The notes beneath the pieces are model-generated. The model saw only the letters and a program-made list of their open reading frames with translations, was not told the origin of the DNA and searched no databases. A stretch of DNA of 64,000 nt from Candidatus Desulfatibia vada (GTDB lineage Bacteria; Desulfobacterota; Desulfobacteria; Desulfobacterales; UBA11574): assembly GCA_014383215.1 (NCBI GenBank), contig JACNIG010000247.1, positions 4,786-68,785 on the forward strand. The letters run 5' to 3'. Positions 37,295-45,949 of this stretch are shown here, in pieces (within the stretch, counting starts at the first letter, position 1; each line of letters begins with the position of its first letter). Both the position numbers and the translations under genes were made by a program.

Positions 37295-38137
37295 ATGAAA
37301 AAGATCACCCCCGATGAAGTTAAAATCATCGCTAAATATATACACGATATATCCGGTATTTTTTTGGATCAGAGCAAAGCTTATCTTTTGGAAACCAGGC
37401 TGGATAGCCTCGTTAAAGAAAACGGCTGTTCATCATTCTCCGAGCTTTATCATCAGGCCAAAGCAGACGGCACCAAATCAATAGAAAGAAAAATTATCGA
37501 CGCCATTTCCACTAATGAAACCATGTTTTTTCGTGATACCAGTCCCTTTGATGTGCTGCAGCACAAAATTCTGCCTGATCTTATTGACATACGTTCTGCC
37601 AACTCTTCCAGTTTTTTGCCGCCCCAAATCCGTATCTGGAGTGCGGCCTGCTCCACCGGCCAAGAAGTATACAGCATTGCCATGGTATTGAAAGAACTCC
37701 TGCCAGATCTCAATAAATACAACATTACATTATTGGGCACAGACATATCTGATGCCGCAATTTCCCAATCCAGCTACGGCTCATACAACAAGTTTGAAAT
37801 TGAACGCGGCCTTCCACCGGAAAAATTAGTCAGATATTTTTCTCGTAATGGCGATAACTGGAAGATTAAAGATGATATCAGAGCCATGGTGAAATTTAGC
37901 AAACTGAACCTTCTGATGCCCTTAAACGGTCTGGGCAAGTTTGACATTGTATTTTGCAGAAATGTAGCCATTTACTTCACCGCAGAGGATAGAAAAAAAC
38001 TCTTCAATAAAATCGCCGACATATTGGAACCTAACGGATATCTGATTATAGGCTCAACCGAATCCTTGACCGACATTTGCCCCCGCTTTGAGCCCAAAAG
38101 ATCCATAAGATCCATATTTTACCAGTTGAAGGGGTGA
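37295..38137 (+). CDS. cheR: chemotaxis protein methyltransferase CheR
   Basis: 280 aa: ETMFFRD, IWSAACSTGQEVYSIA, VFCRNVAIYF. Confidence 0.95.
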   Translation: MKKITPDEVKIIAKYIHDISGIFLDQSKAYLLETRLDSLVKENGCSSFSELYHQAKADGTKSIERKIIDAISTNETMFFRDTSPFDVLQHKILPDLIDIRSANSSSFLPPQIRIWSAACSTGQEVYSIAMVLKELLPDLNKYNITLLGTDISDAAISQSSYGSYNKFEIERGLPPEKLVRYFSRNGDNWKIKDDIRAMVKFSKLNLLMPLNGLGKFDIVFCRNVAIYFTAEDRKKLFNKIADILEPNGYLIIGSTESLTDICPRFEPKRSIRSIFYQLKG

Positions 38138-38292
38138 AGAAGAGTAAAAAGACTTCATTGATTGTATTTAATTTCAACATATTATTGGCTTGTTGGCCCG
38201 GACCCCTTCATCTCAGGCAAACCTATTATCAGCGAGATTAAAAAGGACAACTTGACTGAAGTACCAAAAGTGTCTTATATCGATAGATACTT

Positions 38293-39384
38293 ATGAACAG
38301 CTTTATTACTTTTTTTGATAGATTCCATACAACTTTCGGTGCAGTGCCACCCTATCTTCAGGTTCTCCTAAAGGCCTTGTTTGCCGTCGCCGGCTCGTTT
38401 ATTGCGTGGTTCATTCTAAAACGGATCCTTGCCTCTTTTAGAGAAAAAACCAAAAATCAAGCATTTATCCAAATAAACACCCAAATTTATAATCTGATTG
38501 AAAAGGCGATTTTCTACGGGCTCATCATTGTAGCCGGTACGTATCTGATCAGACTTTTCGATGTTTTAATTTTGGGAAAAATCTTTCATGCCTTTCTGAT
38601 TATCCTCCTGGCAGCACCCTTAAATGATTTTATGTTAATCGTGCTGGCGTATCTGGAGAAGAAGGTAGCAGACCAGACCACAACCAAGATTGATAATATA
38701 ATTTTCGACCTGCTGCAAAAATTTTTGGGCGCCATCATTTATGCCACCGCCATTGTCCTGGCTCTGGACATACTGGGGGTTAATGTTATGCCCTTTATTG
38801 CCGGGGCCGGAGTTGCCGGCATTGCCGTCGGTTTTGCCGCCAAAGATACCCTGTCAAACATTATCGCCGGAATATTGCTGATTATCGACCGACCTTTTGA
38901 AATCGGAGACCGCATCGAAGTCTGGAGTGCGCCTGCCGGCAGCGCCACCTGGGGAGATGTTTTAGATATCGGCTTGCGGGCAACAAAGATCAAAACTACG
39001 GACAACATTGTCATCATCATCCCCAACAATGAGATCATGAAGCGGGACATCGTCAATTATACTATTATTTCATCAAAAATCAGAGTGCGGATAAATATCG
39101 GCATTGCATATGACGCGGATATTGAAAAAGCCAAGCGTTTAATAATATCCGTGGCTGATTCGGCCGACTGGATTTCAAAGGACCCGGCGCCCAGAGTGAT
39201 GGTCAGAAATTTCGGGGATTCATCGGTAGATCTTCAATTGAGAGTATGGATTAATGATGCCCGCAAACGCATGGACACGATTTCCTACATAACAGACAAG
39301 GTAAAGACAACCTTCGATCAAAATAAAATTGAAATTCCCTATCCTAAAAGAGACATAACCATTACTAACAAAGAAACCACTTGA
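38293..39384 (+). CDS. mechanosensitive ion channel (MscS family)
   Basis: 363 aa with multiple TM segments and the MscS core ...IIAGILLIIDRPFEIGDRIEV. Confidence 0.9.
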   Translation: MNSFITFFDRFHTTFGAVPPYLQVLLKALFAVAGSFIAWFILKRILASFREKTKNQAFIQINTQIYNLIEKAIFYGLIIVAGTYLIRLFDVLILGKIFHAFLIILLAAPLNDFMLIVLAYLEKKVADQTTTKIDNIIFDLLQKFLGAIIYATAIVLALDILGVNVMPFIAGAGVAGIAVGFAAKDTLSNIIAGILLIIDRPFEIGDRIEVWSAPAGSATWGDVLDIGLRATKIKTTDNIVIIIPNNEIMKRDIVNYTIISSKIRVRINIGIAYDADIEKAKRLIISVADSADWISKDPAPRVMVRNFGDSSVDLQLRVWINDARKRMDTISYITDKVKTTFDQNKIEIPYPKRDITITNKETT

Positions 39385-39462
39385 TTTAATAGATGTTTGG
39401 AGGTAATTATAGCCGATTTCTTTTTAAAACTCGGGAACACTCCTTAATTTTTTGTAACAGCT

Positions 39463-39635
39463 CAGCCACTAAGGCACAAAGACACAAAGAAGGGGTGTGA
39501 ATTATAAACCTTAATGATTGCAGTTCAGTTTTATTGGTTAAATTGGTTTGGTTGGTTAACAAATAAAACCAATAAAACCAATCGGACAATTTAAATTGAT
39601 ATTATAATCTTAGAGCCTTGGTGGCTTGGTGGCTG
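39463..39635. repeat. nested word-built palindrome upstream of the HTH-EIIA gene
   Basis: The outer arms are CAGCCACTAAGGCACAAAGACACAAAG and GAGCCTTGGTGGCTTGGTGGCTG. The inner arms are TTTTATTGGTTAAATTGGTTTGGTTGGTT and AACCAATAAAACCAATCGG. Confidence 0.7.
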
Positions 39636-39660
39636 AACTATTGCAATTTTTTTTAGTATT

Positions 39661-40350
39661 ATGAAACTGACTATCAAAGAAGTCGCAAAGTGTCTTAAAC
39701 TTCCGTTAAGTACTGTAGAACGCTGGATCCGCCAGGGTAGAATACCTATCCAAAAAAGCGGCAACAACCTGACATTCACCGATTCGGCCATAGAAAAATG
39801 GGCGGCATCCCATAACCTGCCTTTTACCAAGCCCCAAAAAGATCGAGCCCCGCAGGAGGGTTCCGGGCTGGAAAACCTCCTTCCGGTGATGAAACGTGGC
39901 GGTGTGTTCCGCAATGTTCAGGGAGACGATGTGCCGGTAGTCCTGCAGTGCGCTGTTAACAAGATGACGGCCTTGTCTGCATCGGTCAAAATCCGGTTGT
40001 ATGAACGGCTGCTTGAAAGAGAACACCTTACTTCCACCGGTATCGGCAAAGGGGTGGCCATTCCCCATCCCCACGACCCACTTGCGGATATCATCGACAA
40101 GCCTTTAATCGCCACTTGTTTTCTTGAAAAACCGATAGACTTCGCCGCAATCGACGACAAGCCGGTGTTTGTCATGTTCATCCTGATAAGCCCGACAATA
40201 AAGCTTCATCTGCATCTGCTTTCAAGGCTTTCTTATTGTGTTCGCGACAACGCCTTTGTGGAATTTTTGAAAACATCTTCTGACTCAGATGCTTTTTTTT
40301 CAAAAATAGCTGATTTTGAAAAACAACTCGATAAAGCCGATCATTATTAG
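39661..40350 (+). CDS. fusion of an excisionase-type HTH domain and a PTS EIIA(Ntr)/PtsN-like domain
   Basis: 229 aa. The N-terminus is MKLTIKEVAKCLKLPLSTVERWIRQGRIPI. The C-terminal EIIA has the phospho-His motif TSTGIGKGVAIPHP. Confidence 0.85.
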   Translation: MKLTIKEVAKCLKLPLSTVERWIRQGRIPIQKSGNNLTFTDSAIEKWAASHNLPFTKPQKDRAPQEGSGLENLLPVMKRGGVFRNVQGDDVPVVLQCAVNKMTALSASVKIRLYERLLEREHLTSTGIGKGVAIPHPHDPLADIIDKPLIATCFLEKPIDFAAIDDKPVFVMFILISPTIKLHLHLLSRLSYCVRDNAFVEFLKTSSDSDAFFSKIADFEKQLDKADHY

Positions 40351-40382
40351 TTTTTATTGTAAATTTTGGACTTTTTTTAATT

Positions 40383-40459
40383 GCCACTAAGACACCAAGG
40401 CACGAAGAAAGAATATTAAATATACTTTTTATGTCTTTGTGTCTTCGTGCCTTGGTGGC
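40383..40459. repeat. word-built hairpin downstream of the HTH-EIIA gene
   Basis: GCCACTAAGACACCAAGGCACGAAGAAAG pairs with CTTTGTGTCTTCGTGCCTTGGTGGC. It uses the same word set as 39463-39635 and 11083-11197. Confidence 0.75.
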
Positions 40460-40520
40460 ATATTTTTTGGGTCCGGTTTGTCCGCCTCCGGCGGGTTGAT
40501 CCGGGTTAGGTCTTGGCAAT

Positions 40521-42245
40521 ATGCGCATTTTTCAATCGTGGCGCTATCCTGCAAGCTGGTCTATCTTTCGCATGGACGATCGTCTCCTGCTTGTAATAAT
40601 GGCCGTTATTGTCGGCAGCTGCAGCGGGGTGGCAGCAGTGGCGCTGAACCGGGCACTGGTTGCCATGTTCGAATGGCTGCATCATTTTCGCGATCACTGG
40701 TGGGCATTCACGCTCCCGGCTGTCGGCGCCGCTCTCTCTGCGCTGTTTTTGGATAAGATCGTCAAAGAAGGAGCGGGACACGGTGTTCCGGAAGTTATCT
40801 ACAGTGTATCCCGCTATGGCGGACTTTTACGATTGCGCTCAAGTATTTCAAGGCTGATATCAAGCTGTCTTACCATCGGCAGTGGAGGATCAGCCGGCCC
40901 TGAGGCTCCGGTGGTTATGAGCGGGGCTTCCATCGGCTCCAATATAGCAAAGTTTTTCTCTTTGAACGACCGCCAGCGGGTAACCCTTGTCGGTTGCGGC
41001 GCTGCCGGTGCTATATCCGCCATCTTCAACGCCCCCATTGCCGGAATGGTATTTGCGATTGAAGTGATCCTGGGTGAGTGGAAAGCTCTGCATATCATCC
41101 CGATTGCCATAGCATCCGTGACCGGAACTGAAATCAGCCGAACCCTGCAGGGCAACCAAATCGCCTTCAGCCATCGGAAATTCAGCATAGACTTTACAGA
41201 TATTTTGGCCTGTATCGGACTGGCCGTTCTGGCAGCCGCCGCATCTATTTTGCTGACTCGACTGCTAAGGTCCATGCATTCAATCTCAGGCAGGGTTCCG
41301 GCACCGGTATGGGTACGGGCCGCTATCGGCGGTTGCGCGGTCGGCATTGTCGGAATCTTTTTACCGGTCGTAATGGGTGAAGGCTACCATTGGATCCGAA
41401 TCATGAGCGAAGGTGCCCTTGCAAAGGGACTCGCATTTGTGGCCCTTGCCGCCCTTGCCAAGATCGTCGCCACCTCCTTGACGCTTGGTTGGGGAGGCTC
41501 CGGCGGGATATTTGCCCCCTGCCTGGTTATCGGCAGCCTGGTAGGAGTCACCTATCACCATGGTCTTGCTTTGCTGTGGCCGTCGGTATCATGGGTCAAT
41601 GAAGGCTGCTTTGCCTTGCTGGGAATGGCAGGCCTCATCAGCGGTATCCTCCAGGCCCCGCTTACCGGAATTTTCCTGATTGTCGAAATTACCGGCGGCT
41701 ACGAAGTTATTCTGCCGCTAATTATCGTCTCGGCAATATCAACGACCCTCTGTCACTGGATTGAACCGGCATCCTTTTACCTCAAGGATCTTGTTGATCT
41801 CGGGCATCTTCTCAGGCCGGGGACCGATGCCCGGGTGTTGTCTGATATGACCGTGCGTGAGCTTCTTGAAAAGGACTGCATCACCGTTAAACAAAACATG
41901 CTGCTGCGGGAATTTGTCAATATTGTACAGCAATCGCGCCGAAATTACTTTCCGGTTGAAAACGAAGCGAACGGTCATTTCTTGGGCATTATCCATTTGG
42001 ACGATATTCGACCGTACCTTTTCAATCCGGTCATGTATGATACCGTATTAATAGGGCAAATTATGGATACTAATGTTGAAGTCGTGCATCCGGACGACGA
42101 TCTGTCCGAAATTCTAAGTCGTATGGATGAACAGCACCTGTTTTCCATGCCGGTGGTTGCCAACAATCGCTTTATTGGGCTGATTTCCAAGGCGACCCTA
42201 CTGGATAAATATCGCAAAGAACTAATGGTTCAGACAGGCCTATAA
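40521..42245 (+). CDS. ClC-family chloride channel / H+-Cl- antiporter with C-terminal CBS pair
   Basis: 574 aa: GSGGSAGPEAP, GGIFAPCL, GLISGILQAPLTG, then two CBS motifs. The start could instead be MDDRLL at 40572. Confidence 0.9.
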   Translation: MRIFQSWRYPASWSIFRMDDRLLLVIMAVIVGSCSGVAAVALNRALVAMFEWLHHFRDHWWAFTLPAVGAALSALFLDKIVKEGAGHGVPEVIYSVSRYGGLLRLRSSISRLISSCLTIGSGGSAGPEAPVVMSGASIGSNIAKFFSLNDRQRVTLVGCGAAGAISAIFNAPIAGMVFAIEVILGEWKALHIIPIAIASVTGTEISRTLQGNQIAFSHRKFSIDFTDILACIGLAVLAAAASILLTRLLRSMHSISGRVPAPVWVRAAIGGCAVGIVGIFLPVVMGEGYHWIRIMSEGALAKGLAFVALAALAKIVATSLTLGWGGSGGIFAPCLVIGSLVGVTYHHGLALLWPSVSWVNEGCFALLGMAGLISGILQAPLTGIFLIVEITGGYEVILPLIIVSAISTTLCHWIEPASFYLKDLVDLGHLLRPGTDARVLSDMTVRELLEKDCITVKQNMLLREFVNIVQQSRRNYFPVENEANGHFLGIIHLDDIRPYLFNPVMYDTVLIGQIMDTNVEVVHPDDDLSEILSRMDEQHLFSMPVVANNRFIGLISKATLLDKYRKELMVQTGL

Positions 42246-42367
42246 AATCGCTGCCCGACTTTATACAACCAAAGAACAAAGCATGCTGCAAAAAACCACA
42301 TTTTATGGTATTATGATATTGTAAATTGTCACGTTGTCACGCGCCTAATAGTAGAGAGGAGACGCTA

Positions 42368-43195
42368 ATGGACAAACAACTATTTCATATTTTTAGAAAT
42401 AATCCTCTGGGAAGAGAAACCTTGCTGCAATCGCTTTATTTTTGCAAAACCGCAGGTGCTTCTCCGGTGATTTATATCCCCAGCCATACCAAATTTTTAA
42501 TGTATTTTGAAAACGATGTGGTTCAGATCGATCTGGACGGCTCCTATCTCACATCACCGGCAACGGCCAAGAGGCACGCAGCCGAACTGGCAGAGCAGGC
42601 CGGCATCGAACCGAGATTTTTGGACCCAAAGCATTTCACGGCCTCTACCCTGCCGGATATTCAGACGAATTTTGATTTCATGTGCTGTCCCCGCAGCATC
42701 AGCGATCTGTCTTCAAAAATCGGGCTGGGCTACATCGGTCCCAGGGTAAGACGTATTGTGAAGTCCGCCCGCTTTCCCGTTCTGATTACCAGCCCGGTCT
42801 ATAAGGAATGGAAAAGCATAGCATCCTTCTTCGGTGGATCGGCCAATGCCGTCAACGCCCTCAAGCTGGGCTTACGGCTCAGTCGAATTTCCGGCCTGCC
42901 GCTGGATGTTTTCACCCATATAGAGAGAAGATCACGTGAAGCATACGAAAAGGTGATAGAAACAGAAAACCTTAAAGAAGAAGTGGACCGCTATGTCAAC
43001 AAATGGCATTTTTTTGAAAGCGGTGTGTTTGAAGAAAACCTCTATCAAGTTCCCCATGATTCTCTTGTGACCCTGGGCGCTTATGGTCACGGTCTGATCA
43101 AAAGTATCTTTTTTGGCAGCAAAATGGAACAGATTCAGTCCACCATTACCAACAACTTTTTGATTGTAGGACCTAACTACACGGCAGCTAAGTAG
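42368..43195 (+). CDS. tandem universal-stress-protein-like (adenine-nucleotide alpha-hydrolase fold) protein
   Basis: The likely start is MDKQLF. The C-terminus LGAYGHGLIKSIFFGSKMEQIQSTITNNFLIVGP matches the USP G-x2-G-x9-GS signature. The N-terminal half is degenerate. Confidence 0.5.
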   Translation: MDKQLFHIFRNNPLGRETLLQSLYFCKTAGASPVIYIPSHTKFLMYFENDVVQIDLDGSYLTSPATAKRHAAELAEQAGIEPRFLDPKHFTASTLPDIQTNFDFMCCPRSISDLSSKIGLGYIGPRVRRIVKSARFPVLITSPVYKEWKSIASFFGGSANAVNALKLGLRLSRISGLPLDVFTHIERRSREAYEKVIETENLKEEVDRYVNKWHFFESGVFEENLYQVPHDSLVTLGAYGHGLIKSIFFGSKMEQIQSTITNNFLIVGPNYTAAK

Positions 43196-43217
43196 TGTCC
43201 ATCCATAAATGGAAGCA

Positions 43218-44171
43218 CTACTTGGCCAATTTGCCGTTTTTCCAGACTTCTTCCTGGGATTCGCCGCTCGCCCAGGTATACACTCCACGGCCGTGTTTCT
43301 TATTATTCACATAGGACCCTTCCCATTTGTCGCCATTTTTAAAAAAATAGGTGCCCCGACCTTGCTTTTTATCGTTTTGCCACTGCCCTGTGAATTTGTT
43401 GCCGCTTGTAAAAAAAGAAGTGCCCTCCCCGTGCATATTGCCATTTTCCCATTGCCCTACATATTTTTCACCATCTGCATATATATAGGTACCTTGACCG
43501 TGTTTTTTATCTTCGTGCCACTGGCCGACATAGTTATCACCATTTTTGAAGGATAGCGTGCCCTGCCCGTGCTTTTTACCGTTTTTCACATACCCTTCGT
43601 ACCTGGAATTTATACCTTCTATGACTTTGTATTGCAGATCTTTAAGCTTCTCTTTTAAAGGCATTTCAGTTTTCAGCACATCAGACACTGCAATTTTACC
43701 GGATGGTATTTCTTGGTTGGGGGGAGCGGCAGCAACAGCAGCCAGCGGTACAGCCGGCGACACTTTCCGGGCCTTCGTAACTTCACCAGTACCTGACGGT
43801 ATAATCTGCGGCGCCTCCTGGGCAGCAACATCATCATCAGGGCCTCGCGGCAGGGTTGCTTTTGAACTCGCCAGCATTTTGCCGTTTGTCATATCAATCA
43901 ATTTGGCGTGTATCTCGACAAGTTCATCAGCTGTAACAGTAGTTCCGGTAACAAGAAAACCCTTGCCGAAATTCTCCACAAGCTTTTGCTCCCATAGGCC
44001 TTGTCTGTAAAAAATTTCATCTGCATTGGAAGACGCCTCTATTTCAAAAGGTTTTATACTTCTCCAATTCAGTATCACGACGTTGCTTTTGCCAGAATAT
44101 CTGTCGCGGATATTTCCAAAAAATCTGCCCGTTACTTTTTCACTGCGCTTGCTCGGTTGTTTCGAGTTCAC
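43218..44171 (-). CDS. MORN-repeat protein
   Basis: 317 aa. The C-terminal ~150 aa contain 6-7 MORN repeats ([45 protein letters not shown]...). The N-terminal ~110-aa domain is unassigned, and an Ala/Pro linker joins the two. Confidence 0.8.
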   Translation of the reverse strand: MNSKQPSKRSEKVTGRFFGNIRDRYSGKSNVVILNWRSIKPFEIEASSNADEIFYRQGLWEQKLVENFGKGFLVTGTTVTADELVEIHAKLIDMTNGKMLASSKATLPRGPDDDVAAQEAPQIIPSGTGEVTKARKVSPAVPLAAVAAAPPNQEIPSGKIAVSDVLKTEMPLKEKLKDLQYKVIEGINSRYEGYVKNGKKHGQGTLSFKNGDNYVGQWHEDKKHGQGTYIYADGEKYVGQWENGNMHGEGTSFFTSGNKFTGQWQNDKKQGRGTYFFKNGDKWEGSYVNNKKHGRGVYTWASGESQEEVWKNGKLAK

Positions 44172-44202
44172 ATCGAAAAACGATTGCTGTCAAAAAAAGA
44201 AT

Positions 44203-44234
44203 AAAAAAACCCCATTTAGCCAAGTTCAATGGGG
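44203..44234 (-). terminator. rho-independent terminator downstream of murI
   Basis: On the minus strand, CCCCATT-11 nt-AATGGGG is followed by TTTTTTT. Confidence 0.6.
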
Positions 44235-44334
44235 TGGTTGCGTGTTGCGCGTTACGCCTTGCGCATTTTAAATGATGTATAACCATATTTTGGCTTCGGC
44301 CTGTCCTGCTTTCGGAGCCTGTCCGGGTTGGGGA

Positions 44335-45120
44335 TTACAACATTATCTGTTCAAGGTGAACGTTTCTTTTGAGTGTGGTCTTGGCTGTCTTTTCAAACTG
44401 ATCGGTTATATCTGAAACAAAAAGCCTGAACTTGCCGTTTCTGCTTAACAGGTTATCGACTTCAATATGCCCTGCCAAAAAATCTTTAATTTTGGCGGCA
44501 ACGGCAATGGAAGAGTCTATTACGGATACCCTTTTACCGATTTTTCTTTGGATTGTTTTTTTTAGGAGGGGATAGTGAGTGCAACCCAAAATAAGCGTAT
44601 CTATCTGCCGGACTTTTAGAGGATGCAGATATTTTTTGATGATCATCACGGTTTCGGGCTTCTGCATCCACCCTTCTTCCACCAGTGGTACAAGCAGAGG
44701 ACAGGCAGCCGAATAGACCTTGGCATCCGGGTTGATTGCCTTGATCTTTTTCTCATAAATCCCGCTTTTTATCGTGGCACGCGTTCCGATAACACCAATA
44801 TTAAACTTTCGTGAAGTTTGCAGCGACATGTCCACCGCAGGTGTAATAACTTCAAATATAGGAACATCAAATTCTGCCGACACCCTTTCTGCAGCCACGC
44901 TTGAAGCGGTGTTGCATGCCATCACTATTATTTTGGCGCCCTGATTCATTAAAAAATCAGTGTTTTCTAATGCATATCTAATGACGGTCTCGGGGCTCTT
45001 GCTGCCATAGGGTGTCCGGGCAGTATCTCCAAAATAGAGAATGTCGTAGCCGGAAAGCTGCTCCATTATTGATCTTACGACTGTAAGTCCGCCGATTCCT
45101 GAGTCAAATATCCCAATCAT
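44335..45120 (-). CDS. murI: glutamate racemase
   Basis: 261 aa: IGIFDSGIGGLTV, MACNTAS, LGCTHYPLL. Confidence 0.95.
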   Translation of the reverse strand: MIGIFDSGIGGLTVVRSIMEQLSGYDILYFGDTARTPYGSKSPETVIRYALENTDFLMNQGAKIIVMACNTASSVAAERVSAEFDVPIFEVITPAVDMSLQTSRKFNIGVIGTRATIKSGIYEKKIKAINPDAKVYSAACPLLVPLVEEGWMQKPETVMIIKKYLHPLKVRQIDTLILGCTHYPLLKKTIQRKIGKRVSVIDSSIAVAAKIKDFLAGHIEVDNLLSRNGKFRLFVSDITDQFEKTAKTTLKRNVHLEQIML

Positions 45121-45161
45121 ATAATAATTTTAGGTTCTTTTCCAATTTAGTTGGAGAAGAG

Positions 45162-45314
45162 GGTCCAAGGGTTCAAGGGGCCGAGGGGTCAAGTGTTTGC
45201 TTTCAAACGATTTTATCATCGTTTTAGTATTTTTTCAACTTCTGCTATTAAGGCATGGATATTTTAAAGTATTTCACTCGAACCCTTGAATCCTTGGACC
45301 CTTGAATCCTTTGG
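45162..45314. repeat. word-built hairpin (TCAAGGG words)
   Basis: The left arm is GGTCCAAGGGTTCAAGGGGCCGAGGGGTCAAGTG. The right arm is CACTCGAACCCTTGAATCCTTGGACCCTTGAATCCTTTGG. Confidence 0.8.
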
Positions 45315-45347
45315 ATCACTCCGACTCTTTTGGAGATGATCCAAATT

Positions 45348-45758
45348 TTATTGCTTAAGATTTGCAACTGCTTGACCCACGCATTCTTTGATTACACTGT
45401 CAGGCACATCCGTATGAATGCCCGGGCATGATGCAGCCATGATCTGCCAGTTGCCGATGTCAACCAAAACGCTATCGATAAAAGGCCATGCCTTGCACAT
45501 GCGGGGCTTAACCGGATGAATCGTGCAAAGCCCGTCCCAGAAAATACAATAAACATCATTGCCCTGGGCCAGAACCGGCTTACCACCGGACATCCTACAG
45601 TAATCCTTAACAAAACAAACGGGATCCGCACCTAAATAATCGGCTATGATTATAATTTCCTCCTCGGTTACAAAAGTCCCCCCATATCCTTTACAGCAAT
45701 CACCGCATTGTACGCATTTAAAAATATCTTCAGGTTTCATAATCTCGTAAAAAGTCAC
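45348..45758 (-). CDS. YkgJ-family cysteine-cluster protein (UPF0153)
   Basis: 136 aa: CVQCGDCCKGYGG ... CIFWDGLCTIHPVKPRMCKAWPF. Confidence 0.8.
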   Translation of the reverse strand: MTFYEIMKPEDIFKCVQCGDCCKGYGGTFVTEEEIIIIADYLGADPVCFVKDYCRMSGGKPVLAQGNDVYCIFWDGLCTIHPVKPRMCKAWPFIDSVLVDIGNWQIMAASCPGIHTDVPDSVIKECVGQAVANLKQ

Positions 45759-45830
45759 GCATTCAACTTTACATAGGTTAAACGCGATGGTCTCGTAAAA
45801 AGTAAAATGTTTGATTTTTTACGAGAGTAT

Positions 45831-45949
45831 TTTGTATTTGGTGTTTAGTGTTTGGTTATTTAACAAGTTGGTATATCGCATATATTTGAAACAAAACACT
45901 AAATACTAAATACCAAACACCTTATGAATTCGACTTTTTACGAATTCAT
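45831..45949. repeat. word-built hairpin (AAATACT words) immediately followed by an ATGAATTCG-loop-CGAATTCAT hairpin
   Basis: TTTGTATTTGGTGTTTAGTGTTTGGTTATTT pairs with AAACAAAACACTAAATACTAAATACCAAACACC. It is followed by TTATGAATTCGACTTTTTACGAATTCATC, which abuts or overlaps the recR stop codon. Confidence 0.8.

Noticed and set aside
40351-40520. Fluoride or other riboswitch upstream of the ClC gene
   Set aside because: I found no match to the crcB/fluoride motif core as I remember it. The ClC has a CBS pair and canonical selectivity motifs, so it is not the ClC-F type. The region is occupied by a word-built hairpin.
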